From NCBI RefSeq assembly GCF_000526155.1, contig NZ_JAFN01000001.1:112824-144823 (forward strand): a DNA stretch of 32,000 nucleotides, read 5' to 3'. Of the stretch, positions 25,974 through 32,000 are shown piece after piece. Origin of the DNA: Deferrisoma camini S3R1 (GTDB lineage Bacteria > Desulfobacterota > Deferrisomatia > Deferrisomatales > Deferrisomataceae). The position numbers and the translations under genes are program-made. The notes below the pieces were generated by a model. That model was given only the letters and a program-made list of their open reading frames with translations. It ran no database searches and was not told the origin of the DNA. Each line of letters starts with the position of its first letter. Position 1 is the stretch's first letter.

Positions 25974-26914
25974 GGCTTTCCTCCATCGGGCCGGGGGGAC
26001 CAGGCCACCGGCCCGGAGGGGTCGGACAGGATCCCCCTCCGGTACAGCGCCCTCACCCGGTACCAGCACGTCCCCGTCGGGGGTGCTTGCCGATCCTCGA
26101 AACGGGGCTCTTCCAGCACTCCCGAGATCTTCACGAACCCCCCGTCCCGGGACCATGCCCGGTACACCACGTATCCCCTGAGGTCCGGGGAGTCCACGGC
26201 GCGCCACGTGAGCGCGGGCCCCTCCGTTCCCTTCCGAACCGAAAGCCCCTGGGGAGGTCTGGGCTCGACGCGGGCCCAGGCCCGGGCCGAGCGGGGCCGG
26301 GAACGGGCGCTCTCGTTCCCCGACCGGTCCACCGCGCTCACGGCGTACCGGTACAGGCGGCCGCCCAGGACCGAGGTGTCGTCGTAGGCCCGCGCCCGCA
26401 GGGGCTGCCCGGTGAGCCGGGCGAACTCTTCCGACGGGCTTTCCGCCCGGTACACGTGGAAGCCGGCCACGTCCGGGTCGGCCGGGGGGCTCCACTGAAC
26501 CCGGATCCGCCCCTCCAGCACAGAGAGCCCGGTGATCACCGGCCGGGCCGGCGGCCGGTGATCCGGGGGTTCGTACCCCACGGGCTTCGAAAGGGCGCCC
26601 GCGGCGCCCCCCGGCCCCAGGGCCGCCACCCAGTAGCGGTACGTGTACCCCGCGGCCAATGGCACCCGGTCCACGTACCGCTGCCGGGCCCGGTCCGAAG
26701 GGGGAACCCGGGCCACCAGGGCCGGCGGGTTTCCGGCCACGGCCCGGTACACCCGGTACTCCAGCACCGGCCCGGCCACCGACTGCCAGGTCACAGACAC
26801 CCGGCCGTCGTCGAGCCGCTCCACCCGGAGGTCCTCAGGGGGAGCCGGTTTGGGTTCTGCCCCCCAGACGGTGGCCGCCCACACGGCCGCAACCAGCACG
26901 GTCCACCGAACCAT
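25970..26914 (-). CDS. Secreted protein with three fibronectin type III domains
   Basis: Signal peptide MVRWTVLVAAVWAATVWG. Three repeats of P-P-x-L...V-x-W...Y-x-V-Y-R...Y-x-Y/V-x-A/V...S. The start lies 3 nt after the giant-gene stop. Confidence 0.8.
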   Translation of the reverse strand: MVRWTVLVAAVWAATVWGAEPKPAPPEDLRVERLDDGRVSVTWQSVAGPVLEYRVYRAVAGNPPALVARVPPSDRARQRYVDRVPLAAGYTYRYWVAALGPGGAAGALSKPVGYEPPDHRPPARPVITGLSVLEGRIRVQWSPPADPDVAGFHVYRAESPSEEFARLTGQPLRARAYDDTSVLGGRLYRYAVSAVDRSGNESARSRPRSARAWARVEPRPPQGLSVRKGTEGPALTWRAVDSPDLRGYVVYRAWSRDGGFVKISGVLEEPRFEDRQAPPTGTCWYRVRALYRRGILSDPSGPVAWSPRPDGGKP

Positions 26915-26917
26915 GGG

Positions 26918-29900
26918 TCACTCCATCTGGATGCCGCAGGTGAGATCCTGCCGGCACAGTTCGCCAAAGGGGTCCTCCTCGGCCCAGCCTCCCCACTCGC
27001 CCACCTCTGCAACCTCGACGCCCCCAATGGTACCGTCTTCTCGGAACCACAGTTTGGTGGCCGGATCTCCGGGGAGGGGGTACGGAGGCGGCTCCTCCTG
27101 GCCGGGGGACGGGGTCAGCACGCCTATGTACACCTCGCGGGGCGCAAAGTAGACCCAGAACGTGTTCTGAACGACCGGCGCGTCTACAAGATACCGGGCC
27201 TTGATCCCCGGCCCTCCTGGCCCGTTGTACACCTGGACGCCGGCCAGCATGTCGTTGCGGACGGTGAGATCCCCGAATGTGCCCTCCACGTAAGGCCGGG
27301 CGCACATTCCCCCCGACCGGCTCGAGAGGGCTGCGCCCAGGGTGGCACCGATGTTCATCTCGATCCGGACCGGCCACTCCACGGCAATGGGCACCACCTG
27401 GGCGTTGACCGCGAGCCCGAAGCCCATGTTGCTCCCCCACCGCCACAGCCGGCCCTCGCCGCCGATGTTGACTCCTCCGGGGAAGGGCAGCAGACCGGCT
27501 CCCGGCGGGAAGAAGGGCACTCCCGCCGTGAGCGCGGAGCACAGTTCCCCGTTCAGGTACTCTCCGCTGTCCTCGTTCAGGTTCACCCGGCCCCGGAGCA
27601 CGAACTTCCCCAACTCGAAGCCGAAGTACTTCGTCAGGCTGGTGAGCAGGAACTCGTTGTCCTGGGGGCCGAGCTTGGCGTCCACGCGGCTTGCGTGCCG
27701 GAAGACCTGGGCCCCTGCGTTCACCCACCACTCGCCGGTGTCGCCGAAGTAGCGGCTGAGGGTTTCGGTTTCGGGCACGCCGGAGCCCATGCGGATGGTC
27801 AGGTAGGTGTCCGACGGCTCGAACGGGCTGTCCGGCCAGAAGGTGTCCGCCTTGTACAGGATCTGGGCCGCAGTCGCGCCCAGCACGGGAAACTCCAGGT
27901 TCCCCACCAGACTCAGGTAGTTGTCCAGGCTTCCGTCCGGGCGCAGCGCGCCGACCCAGCCGCCCGCCACCCCGCTGAACCCGGTACCGCCCAGGGACCG
28001 GTCGCCCAGGGGGCTTTGGGTCAGGACCGTCTCCCCGGGGTTCTCGAACTCCGGCACGCTCTCGGCCAGGGCGGCCAGCCGGCCGGTCACCCACCGGGCC
28101 ACGTCGATCCCGGCCACGATCTGCCGGAAGTAACCTTTCGGGACCGAGATCCAGTCGGTCCGCTCCATCTTTTCCCGATCGAACACGAGCCACCCGCCCT
28201 CGGCCTCTTCGAACGGCGCGGTCTGGAGCCAGCCCCATTCCCACTCGGGGTTCGCGGCGTTTTCGATATGGTTGCTGCGGGACTCCTGGAAGTCCTGCCG
28301 CTCGCCGGCCGCCACCTCGGCCGCGAACACCGCTCCGATGCGCAGTTCCTCCAGCACCGCCAGGATCACGTTGGTCAACCCGTCCCAGCAGCGGTCCGGA
28401 GCGAGCACCAGGAGCCCGCCGGGCCCGGCCGGGGTGCCCGGCGGGCAGGCCCCGGCCAGCAGGTCCAAAAGGCGGGAAAGAAACGGATCGTTCAGCGCCT
28501 CCACCTTGCGCACCACGGCGTCGAACACGGCCTTGGCCGTGCGGGGCGCGGTCATGCCCACCTCCAGGAGATCGGCATCCCCCCGGATGAGGTGCTTGAG
28601 ACCGGTGTTCCCCGCACGAACCGGCCCGTTGCCGTAGTCCACGGTCTCCGGGCCCTCCCACACAACCTCGAGGGCGTTGGCCAGGTCCGGCTCCTGGCCG
28701 GCCAACTCCTCGGCCGCCCGAACCGCGTTCACCAGCATCTGGGCCGCGAACTCCAGATCGCTTTGCATCTCCTGCACATTCCCGAGGCCGCGCACGAACG
28801 CCCCCACGGCCGTGTCATCCTCCGGAAGGCCCTCGGGTTCGGGGCACGAGGCGGTCAATGCCCCCGAAAAGATCACGTTGAACAGGCCTGCGGCCACGTT
28901 CAGCCCGGCCTGGGGCAGGGTCTCCTGGCTCTCGAGCAAGTCCGGAGCACGGGCCAGCTCGATCCCGGCCGCCAGGGGCAGGAGCGAAAGCCCCGGCGGG
29001 ACGTCCCCGCCGGCATGCCGGTTCAGTATGCAGGTGAGCTCGGGTGCCCCCTCGGCCCGGGCGAGCTGTTCCAGCAGGGGGAGGGCCGCCTCCGCACCGG
29101 CGCCCTGCCCGGCACCGGATGCGGTCTCGACCAGGGCCGGGGCCTGGGCCACGGCCCATCGGTAGAGGTCTCCCTCCAGGGTGCCCTCCTCGAACACCGT
29201 GGCCCCCAGGCCGGCGAGGATCACGGCCCAGGCCGGCGCATCGGGCTGGCTCGATGCCATCGCCTGTCCCAAGGCGACGGCCAATTCGTCGCTCCACCGG
29301 GCCAGCCAGCCCATGACCCTGCCCGCCTCTTCCGGAACCCCGGCCCGGTTGCGAAGCTCCTCCAGCGCGTCACCGAGGAGCCGGGCCAACTCCGCCACGA
29401 GCGCGGCGGTTTCGGGTTGGCTCGCCTGCTCGTACAGCACCGCGGCCACCACCAGGGCGGCCTGCGCTGCCTTCTGAGCCGCCCGGGCCGCGGGGGTGTC
29501 GGGCTCGCCCAGGGCCTCGAGGATCTCGCCCAGCGCCCGGGCCGCCTCTGCCGGGGTCATGGGCTCCCCGCGCAGGTCCCCCCGCAGGAACGCCCGCACC
29601 GCAGCCCGGACCCGCTCCCGCTCGGGCTCCTCCAGCCGCTTGCCCGTGAAGGCGTAGGAGGCCGAACTGGCCGCCTGGGCCACGAGTCCGGGCAGGTGGG
29701 TCCGGGCCGCGCCCACCGGGTCGGCCAGGACCTGCAGGGCACCCCGCACCGCCTCCCGGACCGGCTCGCCGGCCCGGTCGCCCCACTCCTCCGTCAGGGC
29801 CTGGGCCACGTTCCCGGCGGCGGCCAGGCCCAGCTCGTGGCGTTGGGCGTTCACCACCCCCTCCGGCGGAACCTTCAGCACCGCCTCGGCCACCAGCTCG

Positions 29901-32000
29901 AGGCCCCGGGGGCGGGACGGGCCCGTCCCGCCCAGGGCCTGGCGGACCCTCAGGAGCGCCATCGCCACCAGGTCGGCCGGGCTCGCGTGCGGGGCCTCGC
30001 CGGCCAGTTCCTCGGCCAGGAACCGCTGCCACTGGCGCGATTGCGAGAGCGATCCGGCCTCCCCGGCCAGCGCGAACCGCCGATCCAGTTCCTCGGCGCC
30101 GGAGGCGGGCTCGCGCACCAGGGCTCCCACCCCTGAGGCTGCGGCCCGCCGGAGCCGTTCGGCCACGTCCGGCGCCTCCAGCCGTTCGGCCAGGTCCGCC
30201 AGGGCCACGGCCTCGCGCACGGTGTCGTAGTCCGGATCATCCCCGAGCCGGCCGGCCAGAAGATCCGCGGCCCGGGCCAGGAACCGCTTGCGCGGCTCGC
30301 GAGCGATGCGGCCGAGCAGGACATCGTGCTCCAGAAGGACCCATCCGCGCTCGCCCCGGCCGGGCTCGCCCCGGCGGTTCATGCGGTCGGACTCGGACAG
30401 CATGTCCAGGGCCAGTCCGATAAACGCGTCGAAGCTCTGGCCATCCACCTCATGACCCGGGGCGAGCACGGCCCGCGCCTGGGGATTGGCCGGGGCGAGC
30501 TCGGCCACCACATCCAGTGCCCAGCCCAGCTCACGGGGGGTTGCCTGGCCCGGCAGGGACGGATCGTCCACGGACACGGCCACCCGGCCGGCCATGAGGT
30601 CGAAGTTGGAGGCCGCATTCTGGAAGTCGGGGTCCTGCCAGGCCAGAAATCCCATGGTGCGGTGATAGGCCCGGGCCGCCCGGAGCACCGCCACCAGGTT
30701 GGCGAGGGTGTTATGCTGCGTCAGGTCGTTGATCCGGTTGAGGAGCACCCGGCTCAGGGCCGCCTGGCGCGCCGTCAACTCGCCCGTACCGAACGCCTCG
30801 GGAACCTCCATGCCGGCGCTGCGGAGCTGCTCCACCACCTGGGCGAACTCCTCCACCAGCGACTGGATCTCCTCGTCCTCGGGCGCGCCGGCCAGGTCCT
30901 GGAGCAGGGCCTGCCACAGGTGCTCCAGCAAGTCCCGGGCCTCGTCCGGCGAGATCACCTCGCCCACAGGCCGGCCCGTGCGGGCGGCGAACCGGAGGAG
31001 CCGCAGCAGCTCCCGGGCCTGCTGCCGGCTGAGGCCGCCCCCGCCGCTGTGGCAGGTCAGGCACCCGGGCGCGGGCCCGGTGGTCTGGGCTGCGGACCGC
31101 ATGGCATCGCCCACGGCCTGGGCCGGGGAGCGCCCTCCCACGCCCGCGGCGGCCAGCTTTTCGTGCACGTCGGAGAGGGCCCGGAACCAGACCGTGGTTT
31201 CCCGGTCCCCACCGCGCACCGCCTCCACCAGGGCGTCCACCTCCTCGTCCAGGCAGTCCCTGAAATTCGCGAGCCCAGCATCGATCGCCCCCCCGCTCAC
31301 GCCCGCCACCTCCAGGTTGCGCAGGGTGTCTCTCACCCGCAGGGCCTCCTCGAGCGCGGCGAGCAGGCTGCGGCGAGTCCCGGGGTTCCCCAGGGCCTCC
31401 CGGCCCAACTTCGCACACTCCAGGGGTTGGAGAACCCTTTGTTGTGCAAGGTTGGCCGCATCCAAGACGATCCCGAGCCATTCCTCCTGGCTCGGGCCCC
31501 CTTGGATCTGCCGGCGGGAGTTGTCGGCCGCTTGCTGGGCCACCCTGAGGAGGGTGCGCAGGGACAAAGGATGGTCCGGATTCTCCCCGGCCCAGTCCTT
31601 TGCTTTGACAATGCGGTCGTACAGGCGCTTGGCCTCCTCGGCGGTCTCCGGCTGGACCGCGGGAACCCAGTACCCGACGAGCGAGGCGTCGGCGAACTCG
31701 GCAAGGTCGTCCTGTTGCTCGCGGAACAACTCGATCGCTTGCTCCGCCGCCAACTGGCACCCGGTGTCCTCCCCCCCCCAGGTGCGCCAACCCATGAGCT
31801 CGATGCGCTCGCAGTACTTGAGCAGCGACCCCAGTGTCTCCTTGCGCTGCTCGTGCGTCATGGTTTGCGCTTGACCCTGGTAGCGCTCCACCATCCGCCG
31901 CACCAACAGGTCCTGGCGATGAAGCAAGGCCCGGAGCCGCGCCGAGGCGTCTCGGGAAAGCCTTCCGTAGAGCAGCGAGCCGCCCTCCCCGAACTCAGGC
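26918..32000 (-). CDS. Giant protein of unknown function (at least 1693 codons; frame still open at the window edge)
   Basis: The track ORF starts at TTG 31927, but the frame has no stop from 31928 to 31999 and no SD precedes the in-window starts. Ordinary amino-acid composition with G/C-rich third positions. About 1215 aa are Ala/Leu/Glu/Arg-rich and predicted helical. About 445 aa at the C-terminus are Gly/aromatic-rich and beta-like. No family recognised. Confidence 0.8.
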   Translation of the reverse strand, partial: PEFGEGGSLLYGRLSRDASARLRALLHRQDLLVRRMVERYQGQAQTMTHEQRKETLGSLLKYCERIELMGWRTWGGEDTGCQLAAEQAIELFREQQDDLAEFADASLVGYWVPAVQPETAEEAKRLYDRIVKAKDWAGENPDHPLSLRTLLRVAQQAADNSRRQIQGGPSQEEWLGIVLDAANLAQQRVLQPLECAKLGREALGNPGTRRSLLAALEEALRVRDTLRNLEVAGVSGGAIDAGLANFRDCLDEEVDALVEAVRGGDRETTVWFRALSDVHEKLAAAGVGGRSPAQAVGDAMRSAAQTTGPAPGCLTCHSGGGGLSRQQARELLRLLRFAARTGRPVGEVISPDEARDLLEHLWQALLQDLAGAPEDEEIQSLVEEFAQVVEQLRSAGMEVPEAFGTGELTARQAALSRVLLNRINDLTQHNTLANLVAVLRAARAYHRTMGFLAWQDPDFQNAASNFDLMAGRVAVSVDDPSLPGQATPRELGWALDVVAELAPANPQARAVLAPGHEVDGQSFDAFIGLALDMLSESDRMNRRGEPGRGERGWVLLEHDVLLGRIAREPRKRFLARAADLLAGRLGDDPDYDTVREAVALADLAERLEAPDVAERLRRAAASGVGALVREPASGAEELDRRFALAGEAGSLSQSRQWQRFLAEELAGEAPHASPADLVAMALLRVRQALGGTGPSRPRGLELVAEAVLKVPPEGVVNAQRHELGLAAAGNVAQALTEEWGDRAGEPVREAVRGALQVLADPVGAARTHLPGLVAQAASSASYAFTGKRLEEPERERVRAAVRAFLRGDLRGEPMTPAEAARALGEILEALGEPDTPAARAAQKAAQAALVVAAVLYEQASQPETAALVAELARLLGDALEELRNRAGVPEEAGRVMGWLARWSDELAVALGQAMASSQPDAPAWAVILAGLGATVFEEGTLEGDLYRWAVAQAPALVETASGAGQGAGAEAALPLLEQLARAEGAPELTCILNRHAGGDVPPGLSLLPLAAGIELARAPDLLESQETLPQAGLNVAAGLFNVIFSGALTASCPEPEGLPEDDTAVGAFVRGLGNVQEMQSDLEFAAQMLVNAVRAAEELAGQEPDLANALEVVWEGPETVDYGNGPVRAGNTGLKHLIRGDADLLEVGMTAPRTAKAVFDAVVRKVEALNDPFLSRLLDLLAGACPPGTPAGPGGLLVLAPDRCWDGLTNVILAVLEELRIGAVFAAEVAAGERQDFQESRSNHIENAANPEWEWGWLQTAPFEEAEGGWLVFDREKMERTDWISVPKGYFRQIVAGIDVARWVTGRLAALAESVPEFENPGETVLTQSPLGDRSLGGTGFSGVAGGWVGALRPDGSLDNYLSLVGNLEFPVLGATAAQILYKADTFWPDSPFEPSDTYLTIRMGSGVPETETLSRYFGDTGEWWVNAGAQVFRHASRVDAKLGPQDNEFLLTSLTKYFGFELGKFVLRGRVNLNEDSGEYLNGELCSALTAGVPFFPPGAGLLPFPGGVNIGGEGRLWRWGSNMGFGLAVNAQVVPIAVEWPVRIEMNIGATLGAALSSRSGGMCARPYVEGTFGDLTVRNDMLAGVQVYNGPGGPGIKARYLVDAPVVQNTFWVYFAPREVYIGVLTPSPGQEEPPPYPLPGDPATKLWFREDGTIGGVEVAEVGEWGGWAEEDPFGELCRQDLTCGIQME

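Noticed and set aside
25853-30136. 1427-aa plus-strand ORF spanning the 3xFN3 gene and most of the giant gene.
   Set aside because: It is Arg/Gly/Pro/His-rich and low in complexity, as expected for an antisense shadow frame in high-GC DNA. The minus-strand frames have ordinary composition, G/C-rich third positions, signal peptides and SD-linked starts.
31771-31779. G9/C9 homopolymer in the 5' part of the giant gene as a slipped-strand phase-variation switch.
   Set aside because: It encodes Trp-Gly-Gly-Glu using GGG codons. Similar G/C runs occur in unrelated genes here (G8 at 15220-15227 in the VWA gene and C8 at 20884-20891 in the lipoprotein linker). It is therefore more likely a composition effect. 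Read-level length variation would be needed to revive the idea.
1-32000. Scan for rRNA, tRNA, tmRNA, RNase P, transposase, integrase, reverse transcriptase, toxin-antitoxin or known defence genes.
   Set aside because: None was recognised by eye in any frame. A covariance-model scan (tRNAscan-SE or Infernal) and HMM searches would be needed to make this negative result firm.

Overview
High-GC (roughly 70% by eye) bacterial chromosomal segment. It looks like an anaerobic, multihaem-cytochrome-rich Gram-negative of the Desulfuromonadota/deltaproteobacterial type, but that is inference only.
- Bases 1-6032: a co-directional, translationally coupled string of ruvB (3' end), a ~10-haem cytochrome, a tetrahaem cytochrome, ispG, proS, pyrF and rlmB.
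- Bases 6033-6464: non-coding, holding a ~250-bp palindromic MITE-like element flanked by direct repeats, plus an 8-bp tandem repeat.
- Bases 6465-19807: a mixed redox and regulatory neighbourhood.
  - TlpA-like thiol:disulfide oxidoreductase, YedF-like DsrE-fold protein and patatin RssA.
  - A minus-strand string of Crp/Fnr regulator, Cys-rich zinc-ribbon protein, 2x[4Fe-4S] ferredoxin and hypF, with an FNR-type box and -10.
  - A plus-strand string of radical-SAM protein (unusual CX4CX2C), MoxR AAA+, VWA (CoxE-like) and a DUF3553-like protein.
  - rpsT with a clean terminator, an NRDE-family protein, an MFS transporter and cytochrome P460.
- Bases 20121-32000 (minus strand): the most interesting part, a tightly coupled five-gene operon.
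  - A giant protein of more than 1690 aa whose frame is still open at the window edge.
  - A 3xFN3 secreted protein and a CarboxypepD_reg/IPT-like secreted protein.
  - A 1365-aa mosaic lipoprotein with five Big_2-like Ig domains, an NHL-like propeller, a six-Asp-box BNR propeller and TSP3-like Ca sites.
  - A Gly-linker lipocalin-like lipoprotein.
  - No enzyme, transporter or secretion component is recognisable, so this is a candidate uncharacterised cell-envelope or surface system.

No rRNA, tRNA, CRISPR array, transposase or integrase was recognised. Many long ORFs in the supplied track are high-GC shadow frames and were discarded. All family assignments are from motif recognition by eye; no searches were run.
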